Origin: an uncultured SAR116 cluster alpha proteobacterium
GTDB taxonomy: Bacteria > Pseudomonadota > Alphaproteobacteria > Puniceispirillales > Marisalimonadaceae
Direction of reading: 5' to 3'
Assembly: GCA_902615025.1 (NCBI GenBank)
Contig: CACMNV010000004.1
Coordinates: 9,242 to 73,241, forward strand
Length of the DNA stretch: 64,000 nt
Positions 19,282-29,347 of this stretch are shown piece after piece. Under the pieces are notes generated by a model, which saw only the letters and a program-made list of their open reading frames with translations, did not search any database and was not told the DNA's origin. Each line of letters begins with the position of its first letter. The first letter of the stretch is position 1. The position numbers and the translations under genes were made by a program.

Positions 19282-20451
19282 TTAAAAAGGTAATCCAACG
19301 TAATTTTCGGCAAATGATTTTTGAGCGACTTCTGAATTTTCTAAATATTCAATTTCAGTCTCTTGCATTTTTTGGTCAAAATCAGACTGATTGGGAAATT
19401 TATGAAAAGTTACTGTCATCCACCAACTAAATCTAATGGCTTTCCAAACTCTATTTAATGCTCGTTTTGAATATTTAGATAACACCACTTTATTTTTTTC
19501 TTGGTAATATTCCTCTAGGGTCTCAACTAAATAGTTTACATCTGAAAAAGCTAAATTTAATCCCTTCGCACCTGTAGGTGGAACTATATGAGCAGCATCT
19601 CCAACTAAAAATAGATTTCCATAACTCATTGGTTCAACCACAAATGATCTTAAAGGAGCTAGTGACTTCTCTATAGATGGACCTGTTACGAGATTTTCTA
19701 AAGATTCTTCTGGTAATCTTTTTTTTATTTCATTCCAGAAACGATCATCACTCCATTCATTAGTTTTTTCATCAATTGAAGTTTGGATATAATATCTACT
19801 TAAATTTTCATTCCGCATAGAAGCCAGAGCAAAACCTGTTTTATGGTTTGCATAAATTAATTCTTCGCTTATTGGAGGTGTTTCAGATAAAATTCCTAAC
19901 CATGCAAAAGGGTAGACTCTCTCAAAGGTTTTAATTTTTTCTTTAGGAATTGTATTTCTTGAAACACCATGAAATCCATCACAACCTATTATGAAATCCG
20001 CATTAATTTTTGTTTCTTTATCAACGATCTTGCATGTGACGTATGGGCTACTTGTTTCAATTTCATGAATTTTTACATCTTTAACTGAATTAAAAACTTT
20101 ACCATTTTTTTTTTCTCTTAACTCATATAGATCTTTTGTCACTTCTGTTTGACCATAAACAGTGATTTTTTGATTAATCAATTTTTTAAAATCCATTCTA
20201 AATCCACGATTTTTTAAAGACAAAAAAATGCCATCATGAGAAAAACCTTCTTCCTTTATCCTTTTGAAAATTCCTGCCTTTTTAAGTAATTTTATGGTTC
20301 CTTCTTCTAAAACACCTGCTCTTATTCTGGATAAAACATGTTCTTTGGTGTGTTTTTCCAATACTAAACAATCAATATTAATATCACTTAAAAGTTGCGA
20401 CAATAGTAATCCTGAAGGCCCTCCTCCAATGATAAGAACTTGAGTTCTCAT
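19282..20451 (-). CDS. pobA: 4-hydroxybenzoate 3-monooxygenase
   Basis: 389 aa, colinear with Pseudomonas PobA along the whole length as I recall it (MRTQVLIIGGGPSGLLL, RIRAGVLE, VYGQTEVT, CDGFHG, ERVYPF.WLG, LIYANH, LRSFVVEPM, GDAAHIVPPTGAKGLNLA, ENYVGLP). Confidence 0.95.
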   Translation of the reverse strand: MRTQVLIIGGGPSGLLLSQLLSDINIDCLVLEKHTKEHVLSRIRAGVLEEGTIKLLKKAGIFKRIKEEGFSHDGIFLSLKNRGFRMDFKKLINQKITVYGQTEVTKDLYELREKKNGKVFNSVKDVKIHEIETSSPYVTCKIVDKETKINADFIIGCDGFHGVSRNTIPKEKIKTFERVYPFAWLGILSETPPISEELIYANHKTGFALASMRNENLSRYYIQTSIDEKTNEWSDDRFWNEIKKRLPEESLENLVTGPSIEKSLAPLRSFVVEPMSYGNLFLVGDAAHIVPPTGAKGLNLAFSDVNYLVETLEEYYQEKNKVVLSKYSKRALNRVWKAIRFSWWMTVTFHKFPNQSDFDQKMQETEIEYLENSEVAQKSFAENYVGLPF

Positions 20452-20573
20452 AAAAATATCCAGTGAATCTTATTTTTTAATAACAAAAACATATATAAGA
20501 ATTATCATAAATGAATGTTTTATTAAAAATCAAATTGAATTAAAAAATTAATTTTAAATCTTTGTTACGTTTG

Positions 20574-21893
20574 TTAATAAAAAGCCCATAACATTATTAG
20601 AGTAATACTTGGGAAAGAAAATAATAGTATTATTCTGATTATATCACTTAACAAAAAGGGTATAACGCCTTTAAAAGTATCAATTATAGGTACATCCTTA
20701 GCCATTTTATTAATTATAAATACATTCAGTCCAACAGGTGGAGTTATTAAACCAACTTCAACAACAACTAGAGTTAATATTCCAAACCAAATTGCTGTTT
20801 CTTCTGGAGATAATCCAAAATCAAGTGACATCACTAAAGGAAAAAAAACTGGGATTGTTAACAATATCATTGCTAAACTATCCATTAAACATCCTAAGAA
20901 CAGATATAAAATCATAATACATGCGACAACTATTAAAGGTTCTAAATTATTTTCTTTTGAAAATTCAGTTAATAAATTTGGAAGCTGAGTTAAAGCAATA
21001 AAAGAATTAAAAAATTCTGCACCTAATAAAACAAAAAATATCATTCCTGTTGTAACTGCTGTACTTTCAATAACCTCAATAAATGACTTTATATTAAATG
21101 ATTTATTTGTAATGGCTATAATACCGGTTCCTGCAGCACCAATTGCAGCACCTTCAGTAGGTGTAAAAAAACCCATGTAAATTCCACCAATCATGACAAC
21201 AAAGATCAAGATTATATGCCAAATATTTTTAAATAAATACATACGGTCTTTCCAAGTAACTCTATCTTTAATTGGTCCAGAATTTTGGTTTAATCTGACA
21301 TATAAACTAATTGCAACTACATAACCTAAGGCAGCAAGTAAACCAGGTATGAAAGCGCATAAAAACATTTTAGCTATGTTTTGTTCAGTCAGAATAGAAT
21401 AGATTATTAATATAACTGAAGGAGGAATTAAAATGCCTAGAGTTCCCCCCGCAGCTAATGCACCAGTACTTAGCGCTCCTGAATAGCCTAATCTTCTTAA
21501 TTCTGGCAAGGCTACTTTTCCCATGGTTGCTGCAGTTGCCAATGATGATCCACAAATTGCGCCAAATCCAGCACATGCTCCAACGGCAGCCATAGCAACG
21601 CCCCCTTTTCTATGTCCTAAACATGCACCGGCAAACTTAAACAATGCTTCACTCATACCAGCTTTAGATGCGAAATTTCCCATAAGTAAAAAAAGTGGAA
21701 TAACTGAAAGAGAGTAATTTGAAAATAAATGCCATGCACTTGTTTTAGCCAGAGACATAATAGGAAGCCAACCTGTAATTAAAATTGTACCAGTACATCC
21801 AACTAATAACATGGCTAAACCAATAGGAACTCTGAATGCTAAAAGTGAAAATAGAATTGGGAAAGCTAGAATACCAAGAATATATTTGTCCAT
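20574..21893 (-). CDS. TRAP transporter large permease (DctM family)
   Basis: 439 aa polytopic protein with DctM-like motifs (GAICGSSLATAATMG, ILIPPSV). Confidence 0.9.
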   Translation of the reverse strand: MDKYILGILAFPILFSLLAFRVPIGLAMLLVGCTGTILITGWLPIMSLAKTSAWHLFSNYSLSVIPLFLLMGNFASKAGMSEALFKFAGACLGHRKGGVAMAAVGACAGFGAICGSSLATAATMGKVALPELRRLGYSGALSTGALAAGGTLGILIPPSVILIIYSILTEQNIAKMFLCAFIPGLLAALGYVVAISLYVRLNQNSGPIKDRVTWKDRMYLFKNIWHIILIFVVMIGGIYMGFFTPTEGAAIGAAGTGIIAITNKSFNIKSFIEVIESTAVTTGMIFFVLLGAEFFNSFIALTQLPNLLTEFSKENNLEPLIVVACIMILYLFLGCLMDSLAMILLTIPVFFPLVMSLDFGLSPEETAIWFGILTLVVVEVGLITPPVGLNVFIINKMAKDVPIIDTFKGVIPFLLSDIIRIILLFSFPSITLIMLWAFY

Positions 21894-21895
21894 GA

Positions 21896-22426
21896 TTAAC
21901 TTCTCGATAGAACTAATTCATGATAAAATGTGTATAAACAGCATGCAGATAATAATCCAAATGAAAATGACACTGGCAAAAAGGGTATCCAAATTGGAAA
22001 TTGTAGTAACATAGTTTCTTCTTGATAATTATACATGTCTCTTGCTCCGAAAAACATCCTCCAAGTAAAGAACAAGGCTATAAGTCCATAAATAACTGAG
22101 CTAATACAATCTAAAAAAGCAATTTTTTTGAAATTTAATTTTGCAGTTATGAAATCTACAATAACATTACCTTTTTTTAAATGGCATAAAGGTAAAAAGG
22201 AAGATATCGCAATTGCACTACCAATTTCAACCAATTCAAAATCACCCACTAGAGGATTTAAGAGTATAATTCTACTTAATATTGAAATAAAGTTAATTAA
22301 AATAACAATGACAAGAATTATACCTCCTAAAATAGCCAAGATATAAGCTAAATCATATAAAAAACGACCAAATTTATCATTTGGTCGTTCTGTAAGTTCA
22401 TCAATAGGATTATTTGATGAACTCAT
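21896..22426 (-). CDS. TRAP transporter small permease (DctQ family)
   Basis: 176 aa with four TM segments. Lies between the DctP and DctM genes with 2-4 nt gaps. Confidence 0.75.
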   Translation of the reverse strand: MSSSNNPIDELTERPNDKFGRFLYDLAYILAILGGIILVIVILINFISILSRIILLNPLVGDFELVEIGSAIAISSFLPLCHLKKGNVIVDFITAKLNFKKIAFLDCISSVIYGLIALFFTWRMFFGARDMYNYQEETMLLQFPIWIPFLPVSFSFGLLSACCLYTFYHELVLSRS

Positions 22427-22430
22427 TTAA

Positions 22431-23459
22431 TTATAGTGATTTTTCATATTTTGAAATTAAGCTTTTTGCTGTATCTAAAAGTTTTTGAGCGTCTAAACCT
22501 TTTTTATTAGTACTCTTAATCCAATCTTCAGTTACTTTTTTTCCAGCAGCTTTCATTTTAGCTAGTTCTTCACCTTGTAAAGTAAAAAACTGTCCGCCAG
22601 CATTTACAGCTAATTTTCTTGCAGGAACTTCAAAGCCGTCCCAAAGTTTACCTGCCTCTTTTGCTAAAGATAAACCCGAATTATTGTCAATAACCTTTTT
22701 TTGTGATGGTGATAAACTCTCATACTTTGCTTTATTCATTATGAATAAAAAAGGTGTTGTATATAAACCTCTATTACCTGCAACATTAGTATGTGCTTTT
22801 GTTAATTCTTGCAATTTAAATGAAGGCATAATTTCCCAAGGCACAACCATTCCATCAATTACTCCTTTTGACAATGACGGGGCAACTTTTGGAACTGGCA
22901 TCCCGACTGGAGTGGCACCCATACTTTTAAGCATAGTTGTAATTACTCTTGTAGGACCTCTCATCTTCATCCCTTGAAAATCACCAATAGACTTAATCAG
23001 CTTATTTTTTGTATGTATCATACCAGGAGCGTGCACATGAACTGTTAAGATTTTATAATCTTTTAGATCTTCTGCTCCTATGGTTTCTACATACTCCTGA
23101 ACCGCTTGTGATGTTATTACTGATTTTGTTGGCAAAAATGGTAATTCAAAAGCTTCAAGTCTTGGAAATCTTCCTGGTGTATAACCCGCAACTGTCCAAA
23201 CTATGTCTACTACCCCTTCTCTAACTTGATCAACTAGCTGGGGTGGCTTTCCTCCAAGTTGCATAGAATAATACATCTCGGTTATAATTTCACCATTTGA
23301 TTCTTTTTTTACTTTTTCTGCCCACGGCAAAACAAATTTTGCATTAGAGTTAGCTGGTGCAGGAACAAATGTATGAAATTTCAAAGTTACCTTATCAGCT
23401 AGTGCAGAAAATGAAAAAAAAGTTAATGATAAAATAATCATTTTTATAAGCATTTTCAT
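22431..23459 (-). CDS. TRAP transporter substrate-binding protein (DctP family)
   Basis: 342 aa with a signal peptide (..FSALA/DK). DctP core with MKMRGPT (conserved Arg). Confidence 0.85.
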   Translation of the reverse strand: MKMLIKMIILSLTFFSFSALADKVTLKFHTFVPAPANSNAKFVLPWAEKVKKESNGEIITEMYYSMQLGGKPPQLVDQVREGVVDIVWTVAGYTPGRFPRLEAFELPFLPTKSVITSQAVQEYVETIGAEDLKDYKILTVHVHAPGMIHTKNKLIKSIGDFQGMKMRGPTRVITTMLKSMGATPVGMPVPKVAPSLSKGVIDGMVVPWEIMPSFKLQELTKAHTNVAGNRGLYTTPFLFIMNKAKYESLSPSQKKVIDNNSGLSLAKEAGKLWDGFEVPARKLAVNAGGQFFTLQGEELAKMKAAGKKVTEDWIKSTNKKGLDAQKLLDTAKSLISKYEKSL

Positions 23460-23571
23460 TGTTTCCTCCTAAATTGAGAAAATTAAATCACAAAAAAAAA
23501 TAAGTTTCTAATATAAATTTAAAAAATTGATTTTAAGAAATCGATTGATAAAATTTAATTAGGTAATTTAT

Positions 23572-24549
23572 ATGGCAATAAAAGCTCTTTCATATTTAGG
23601 TGTTACATCAGAAAAAATCCAAGATTGGTCAGATTATGCAACAAAAAATCTTGGCATGCAGGAAATTGATAAAACAAAAAACTCTTTAATGCTAAGAATG
23701 GATGATCAAAAACAAAGGTTTTCCATTTCGAATGATGGTGGTGAGGGTTTATCATTTTTAGGGTGGGAAGTAGAAAACAAAAGTGACTTAGATAATTTTG
23801 CATCAATATTAGATCAAAATAATGTAAAAGTCTTTAGAGGACAAAAGTTTCTTTGTGATAAAAGATTCGTTGAAGATTTACTTTATTTTAAAGATCCTGC
23901 TGGAAATCAAATTGAATTAATATTTAATCCATTTAAAACTGATGAAGAGTTTAAACCTGGAAGAGCAATATCTGGCTTCAAAACTGGAATTTGTGGTTTA
24001 GGTCACGCCGTATTGCATACTGACAATATAGAACCACTCGTAAAATTTTATCGGGATTTATTGGGTTTTAAAGTGAGTGATTTTAGTTTTGAACCTATTA
24101 GACTTCACTTTTTTCATGTCAATGAAAGACATCATAGTTTTGCGCTTGTTGAAACAGGTAAAGTTGGTTTTCATCATTTTATGGTAGAATACAATAATTT
24201 GGATGATGTTGGACAGGGCTATGATCTTCTTCAATTTGAAAGCAATAAAATTGCATATACCTTGGGTAGACACACTAATGACTATATGACATCATTTTAT
24301 TCATATTCACCGTCAGGATTTTTTGTAGAAAATGGTTGGGGAGGAAGACACATTGATCCAAACACGTGGAAACCAGAATTGACTAATGTTGGACCTAGTT
24401 TTTGGGGACATGAAAGACTTCATCTTCCAAAAGACCAAAGACTAAAATTTAGAGATAAAAGGATGGAAATAGCAGCTAATGGAATTCAAGCGCCTTTGAT
24501 AATTGATTGTCCATGGCTTTATCAAAATCAATCCAAAAAAGATGCATAA
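23572..24549 (+). CDS. type I extradiol ring-cleavage dioxygenase (BphC/HsaC-like, two-domain VOC fold)
   Basis: 325 aa. Candidate 2-His-1-carboxylate ligands sit in GLGHAVLH, FHHFMVE and GFFVENGWG, with about 30 aa of C-terminal extension. Confidence 0.8.
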   Translation: MAIKALSYLGVTSEKIQDWSDYATKNLGMQEIDKTKNSLMLRMDDQKQRFSISNDGGEGLSFLGWEVENKSDLDNFASILDQNNVKVFRGQKFLCDKRFVEDLLYFKDPAGNQIELIFNPFKTDEEFKPGRAISGFKTGICGLGHAVLHTDNIEPLVKFYRDLLGFKVSDFSFEPIRLHFFHVNERHHSFALVETGKVGFHHFMVEYNNLDDVGQGYDLLQFESNKIAYTLGRHTNDYMTSFYSYSPSGFFVENGWGGRHIDPNTWKPELTNVGPSFWGHERLHLPKDQRLKFRDKRMEIAANGIQAPLIIDCPWLYQNQSKKDA

Positions 24550-26005
24550 TACTAAATGTAATGTTTTAATTGTTGGTTTTGGTCCGACTGGATCAGTGCT
24601 TGCTAATTTATTGTCAAAGTACAATATCACTATCCATATTTTAGAAAAAGAAAACGAAATTTATAATTTACCTAGAGCTGTTCATTTTGATGATGAAATT
24701 ATGAGAACATTTAAGAGTATCGGTATTTTTAAAAAATTTTTAAAAAAAACTATTATCAACAAGGGAACAAAATTTGTTGATGAATTTGATAATCTAATTT
24801 TAGATTGGCCGAGACCGAAAAAAATTACAGAAAATGGTTTTTACCCAAGTTATAGATTTCATCAGCCAGATCTTGAAAAAATTTTAAGAAAAAACTTAAT
24901 TAAAAATAAAAAAGTTAAAATTAGTTATAATTCTGAGTTGTTAGAAATATCAGAAAAAGGTGATTTTATTTCTGCAAAATATTTAGATAAAGTCAGTAAT
25001 TCTTTTCAAATAATTAATGCAGATTATGTTGTAGGATGTGATGGAGCTAACTCTTTAGTTAAAGAATATATTAGTCAAGAAGTAATAGATTTTGGTTTTC
25101 AAGAAAAATGGGCAGTTATTGATTTAATTATGAAACAAAATAAAAATAACTTACCTGACAGAACTATACAATATTGCAGTAAAAAAACTCCTGCAACTTA
25201 CTGTAGAAATGTTGGCAGAAGAAGAAGATGGGAATTTTCTTTAGATAAAAATTCAGTAGATAAAGAAATTTTAAATGATGATAAAATTTGGCATTTTTTA
25301 TCTAAATGGATTACTCCAGAAGATGCAATCATAGAAAGAAAAACAATTTATACTTTTAAGTCTTTGATTGCAAAAAAATGGAGAAAAGGAAGAGTATTCA
25401 TTGCTGGAGATGCTGCTCATTTGTCACCTCCATTTATGGGTCAAGGAATGTGTTCTGGAATTAGAGACGTGTCAAATCTATTTTGGAAAATAGCTTATAG
25501 CTGTAATTTTGGACATAAAGAAAAGCTTTTAAACACTTATGAGAGTGAGAGATTAAAAAATGTAAAAGAATATATCATAACCACAATTAATATGGGAAGA
25601 TTGTTAAATTCAATTGGTGAAACAAATGTTTCTAATACGGTAAAAGAAGAAAAAGATGGATCTAAAAAAATGACTTCTATAAAACCACCTCTAGGTCCTG
25701 GATTAGGAAATAATAAAGATAAATTGAGAGGAAAAATTTTTCCTTATATAAATTTACAAAATTCAAACGTTTCAAATTTTGACTCGGAATTTGAAACAGA
25801 GTTAGTTTTGCTATCAAAACAAAACGTAGATAATAAAAAAATCAAGCATATAAATGTAAACAAATATGAAGAAGTAATGAAAGTTTTCAACAGACTAAAT
25901 ATTAGTGCTTTGATTTTAAGACCTGATAGATTTATTTTAAGTTCATTAAATGATAATTCAAAAATAAATGATTTTATCGAAAAATCGACATTGCAATTTG
26001 GTTGA
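24542..26005 (+). CDS. FAD-dependent aromatic hydroxylase (MhpA-like class A flavoprotein monooxygenase)
   Basis: Contains VLIVGFGPTGSVLANLL...LPRAVHFDDEIMRTF, DG.NS and GDAAHLSPPFMGQGMCSGIRD. I prefer ATG 24542, which overlaps the upstream stop as ATGCATAA, over the track start at 24503. Confidence 0.85.
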   Translation: MHNTKCNVLIVGFGPTGSVLANLLSKYNITIHILEKENEIYNLPRAVHFDDEIMRTFKSIGIFKKFLKKTIINKGTKFVDEFDNLILDWPRPKKITENGFYPSYRFHQPDLEKILRKNLIKNKKVKISYNSELLEISEKGDFISAKYLDKVSNSFQIINADYVVGCDGANSLVKEYISQEVIDFGFQEKWAVIDLIMKQNKNNLPDRTIQYCSKKTPATYCRNVGRRRRWEFSLDKNSVDKEILNDDKIWHFLSKWITPEDAIIERKTIYTFKSLIAKKWRKGRVFIAGDAAHLSPPFMGQGMCSGIRDVSNLFWKIAYSCNFGHKEKLLNTYESERLKNVKEYIITTINMGRLLNSIGETNVSNTVKEEKDGSKKMTSIKPPLGPGLGNNKDKLRGKIFPYINLQNSNVSNFDSEFETELVLLSKQNVDNKKIKHINVNKYEEVMKVFNRLNISALILRPDRFILSSLNDNSKINDFIEKSTLQFG

Positions 26006-26853
26006 AAATTATGAAATTAAGTGTATTGCAAGCAGGTTTTAATTTAGATCATATTGCTCTTGAAAGTCCTGATCCAAATGAGTTGTCAAAATTTTATAAA
26101 AATTTCATTATGATGGAACATGTTGAGAAAAAGAATCAGGAAATAATTTGCGAAGGAAAAAATAGAAAAGTCATATTAATCAAAGGAAAAAAAAACAAGC
26201 TTTCTTATGCAGGGTTTTCGTGCAGAAATAGAAAAAATCTTGAACAATTTAAAAACTTTATAATTGCAAATAAAGTCCCATTTTCAAAATTTGTAAATAA
26301 TCACCTAGAAAAAGGGGCTTTCTCAATAATTGACCCTGATAAAAATATAATATCCTTCGGAATTCGAAAAAAAACAAAAATTGCATTTAAAAATAAATTT
26401 TGTATGCCTTTACAACATTTAACTTTTTCTAGTAGAGATGTTGAACAATTTGAGCATTTTTATTGTAACATGTTAGGTTTTAAAACTACAGACAGAGTTA
26501 TTCATAAGAATAGAAGTTTAGCTACAATTTTTTTAACTTCAAATCACGAACACCACACTATAGCCTGTTTTAAATCTAATAAAATTGGTATTGATCACCA
26601 TTCATATGAAGTTAGTCAATGGGAAAATATTAAAATTTTGTGTGATTATTTTTCACAAAATAATATTAAAATAATATGGGGACCCGGAAGACATGGTCCT
26701 GGAAATAATTTGTTTATATTTATTGAAGATTTGGACAAAAATTGGTTAGAATTTTCTGCAGAATTAGAAATAATTCATGATAGAAAAGTAAATGAATGGC
26801 CACAATCTGAAAAAACTTTAAATTTATGGGGCAAAGGAATATTAAGGTCTTAA
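26002..26853 (+). CDS. second two-domain VOC/extradiol dioxygenase-like protein
   Basis: 283 aa. Candidate ligands in LQHLTFSS, IDHHSYEV and WLEFSAE. The start is either TTG 26002 (overlapping the upstream stop) or ATG 26011. Confidence 0.7.
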   Translation: MKIMKLSVLQAGFNLDHIALESPDPNELSKFYKNFIMMEHVEKKNQEIICEGKNRKVILIKGKKNKLSYAGFSCRNRKNLEQFKNFIIANKVPFSKFVNNHLEKGAFSIIDPDKNIISFGIRKKTKIAFKNKFCMPLQHLTFSSRDVEQFEHFYCNMLGFKTTDRVIHKNRSLATIFLTSNHEHHTIACFKSNKIGIDHHSYEVSQWENIKILCDYFSQNNIKIIWGPGRHGPGNNLFIFIEDLDKNWLEFSAELEIIHDRKVNEWPQSEKTLNLWGKGILRS

Positions 26854-26897
26854 TGTGAAGTTAAATACATTTTTAAACAATAATTTAGGAGAATTTT

Positions 26898-27749
26898 TTG
26901 GAATTTATTCAACATGATGCACCACTATCTGGAAGAATAAAAGATATTAATTTAAATGATTTTATATCAAATCAAACAAAAACAAAAATTATAAAATTTG
27001 TTGACGATAATTTAGTGGTACTTATTAAAAATCAATTCATAAATGACTATAAGCTTAAAGAATTTAGTAATTTTTTTGGACAGTTAGACCCACCAGGACC
27101 AAATCCTTACGGTATTAATTTTTTGCCAGAACATCCTGAAATTAATGTAATATCAAACGTTAAAACTTCGAAGGGAATTCCTATTGGAAACCTTGGGGAT
27201 GGCGAAGCAACATGGCACGCAGATATGACTTATCTTAAAAAACCTCCAAAATACGGAATACTCTATGCAGTTGAGGTGCCTAAAAATCAAGGAAATACTC
27301 ATTTTGCAAACATGTATAAAGCCTATGAAAAACTGCCACATAATTTAAAAAAAATTATTGATGATAAAATAATTATACACGATAGCTCTCATAATAGTGC
27401 AGGAATGCTAAGAAAAGGTTTTAAAAAAGTTAGTAGGCCAGATTTAACACCAGGGGCACGTCATCCTGCAGTTATAACTAATCCACAAAATAATAAGAAA
27501 AGACTTTTTTTAGGAAGAAGGCCTAATGCTTACATCTTAGGGTTAAAAATAAATGAGAGTGAGAAATTGTTGAATGATATTTGGTATTATGCGACAAATG
27601 AAGAAGTTACCTGGACTCAAAATTGGGAAGTTGGAGATTTGTTAATTTGGAAAAACTTATATGTTCTTCATAAAAGAGATGCATTTGATCCAAATTCAAG
27701 AAGAATTATGCATAGAACTCAAATTAAAGGAAATGACAATTTAAATTAA
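26898..27749 (+). CDS. TauD/TfdA-family Fe(II)/2-oxoglutarate-dependent dioxygenase
   Basis: 283 aa. HxD facial-triad context ATWHADMTY, distal HKRD/HRT region. TTG start with AGGAGA and a 5-nt spacer. Confidence 0.85.
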   Translation: MEFIQHDAPLSGRIKDINLNDFISNQTKTKIIKFVDDNLVVLIKNQFINDYKLKEFSNFFGQLDPPGPNPYGINFLPEHPEINVISNVKTSKGIPIGNLGDGEATWHADMTYLKKPPKYGILYAVEVPKNQGNTHFANMYKAYEKLPHNLKKIIDDKIIIHDSSHNSAGMLRKGFKKVSRPDLTPGARHPAVITNPQNNKKRLFLGRRPNAYILGLKINESEKLLNDIWYYATNEEVTWTQNWEVGDLLIWKNLYVLHKRDAFDPNSRRIMHRTQIKGNDNLN

Positions 27750-27835
27750 GATAGCAAATAAATTAAAAAAAAGTTGTTGTTCCAAAAGTATCTAAATGTA
27801 AAGATTACTTAATTAAAATATAAACGGAGGATTTT

Positions 27836-28825
27836 GTGGCATTAATTTTACAAAAATTTAAATTATTTGTTATTGGATTTTTTAGCTCAATAGCACTTAT
27901 TTCATTATCTTTTTTATTTGGATTTTCAGCTAACGCAGACGAATATCCAAATAAACCAATTGAGATAGTTATTCATGCTAAGTATGGAGGTGGAACTGAT
28001 ACAACCGCCAGAATGGCATCAATAAGATCAAGAAGAATTTTAAAAACAGATATTAGAATAGTTTCAAAAAGAGGTGGAGCAGGAGCAAAAGCTCAAAATT
28101 ATGTGCTTACAAGACCTGCTGATGGTTATACTGTAATGGCCCTCACACAAACTCATCTATATACTATGGCTAGAGGTAAGTCTAACATGAAAATTGATGA
28201 TATAGTTGGAGTAGCTAGAGCTATGGACGATCCAACTTTTATTACTGTGTCTGGGAAAAGTAAATATAAAACATTAGACGACGTAATTAATGCATCAAAA
28301 AAAGCTCCTTTAAACTGGGGTGTAGCAAATATTGGTGGAACTGAACATATAGGTCTTGTTCAATTTGCAAAAGAAGCTGGCATAAAAGTTAAAGTAGTAC
28401 CTTTTGGTTCTGGAGCACAAATGGTTCAAGCTTTAATGGCTGGCAAAATTGATGCTACTTTACCTAATGTAAGTGAAGCCACAAACCAAGTTGCAGATGG
28501 GACTTTTAGAGCATTAGTTGTTTTAGCCGAAAAAAGATTAAAAGATTATCCTAATGTTCCTTCTTCATACGAATTAGGCATTAAAGCTAAATGTTCTACA
28601 ACAAGAGGATATGCTGTGTTAGCTTCAACTCCAAAACCAATTATAGAGAAAATTTCAAAGGGATTGGTTAAAGCAATGAAACATAAAGTATTTGCTAACT
28701 ATTTAGCTAGTGCAGGTTTAACTGTAGAAGGAAGTGTTGCAGGTACAACAGTTTGGGACAAACATCTTAAAGAAGAATTTAAGGTGGCTCAAAGTGCATT
28801 AAAAGATTTAGGATTATTGAAATAA
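27836..28825 (+). CDS. tctC: tripartite tricarboxylate transporter substrate-binding protein (TctC/Bug family)
   Basis: 329 aa. Signal peptide, then the YPNKPIEIVI Bug-family start. GTG start with a GGAGGA SD. Confidence 0.85.
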   Translation: MALILQKFKLFVIGFFSSIALISLSFLFGFSANADEYPNKPIEIVIHAKYGGGTDTTARMASIRSRRILKTDIRIVSKRGGAGAKAQNYVLTRPADGYTVMALTQTHLYTMARGKSNMKIDDIVGVARAMDDPTFITVSGKSKYKTLDDVINASKKAPLNWGVANIGGTEHIGLVQFAKEAGIKVKVVPFGSGAQMVQALMAGKIDATLPNVSEATNQVADGTFRALVVLAEKRLKDYPNVPSSYELGIKAKCSTTRGYAVLASTPKPIIEKISKGLVKAMKHKVFANYLASAGLTVEGSVAGTTVWDKHLKEEFKVAQSALKDLGLLK

Positions 28826-28837
28826 TTTAATTCATTA

Positions 28838-29335
28838 ATGAATAATTCTTTTAAAAATTTATTTAATAAAACTGATACTATCATAGCAATCATAATATTT
28901 GCTATGATAGTATTTTTATGGAATGCTGCAGACAACTTTGATAGCGTTTCAGATTTGTTTGCGCAAAACATTCCACCTCAATTGTTTCCTCAAATTTTAT
29001 TAATCACAATTGGTTTGTTAACATTATTAATACCTTTTGAACATATTTTACTAAAAAAGTCTGGCAAAGATATCGACTCAGGTAGGAAGAAAAAAATTAA
29101 TTTTGCAACTTACGGTACGATGGCTATTTTATTAACGATAATTGTTTTTTCAGAATTTTTAGGAGCTTATGTTACAATTTTTTTGGCATGTTTTGTTCTT
29201 CCACTTTTCTGGGGAGAAAAGAATCTTAAATTATTGATACCTTATGTAATTTTATTTCCACTATTTATTATATTGATATTCAATATTTTACTAGGTGTTT
29301 ATTTTGAACCAGGTATCTTAGAAGGCTATTTATAA
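28838..29335 (+). CDS. tctB: tripartite tricarboxylate transporter small membrane protein (TctB family)
   Basis: 165 aa with four TM segments. Positioned between the tctC and tctA homologs. Confidence 0.65.
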   Translation: MNNSFKNLFNKTDTIIAIIIFAMIVFLWNAADNFDSVSDLFAQNIPPQLFPQILLITIGLLTLLIPFEHILLKKSGKDIDSGRKKKINFATYGTMAILLTIIVFSEFLGAYVTIFLACFVLPLFWGEKNLKLLIPYVILFPLFIILIFNILLGVYFEPGILEGYL

Positions 29336-29347
29336 TTAGGACTATTT

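Noticed and set aside
20488-20520. AACATATAT (matching 9 nt of the putative GntR operator arm) upstream of pobA, with an imperfect partner ATGAATGTT 14 nt away
   Set aside because: The arm orientation is the opposite of the 56910-56950 site, it has two mismatches, and a 9-mer this AT-rich is expected by chance somewhere in the intergenic DNA.
23460-23571. Short palindromes (AATCGATT, repeated ATTGAT) in the TRAP/dioxygenase divergent spacer
   Set aside because: The arms are 6-8 bp only with no second copy elsewhere, so they cannot be distinguished from background in AT-rich DNA.
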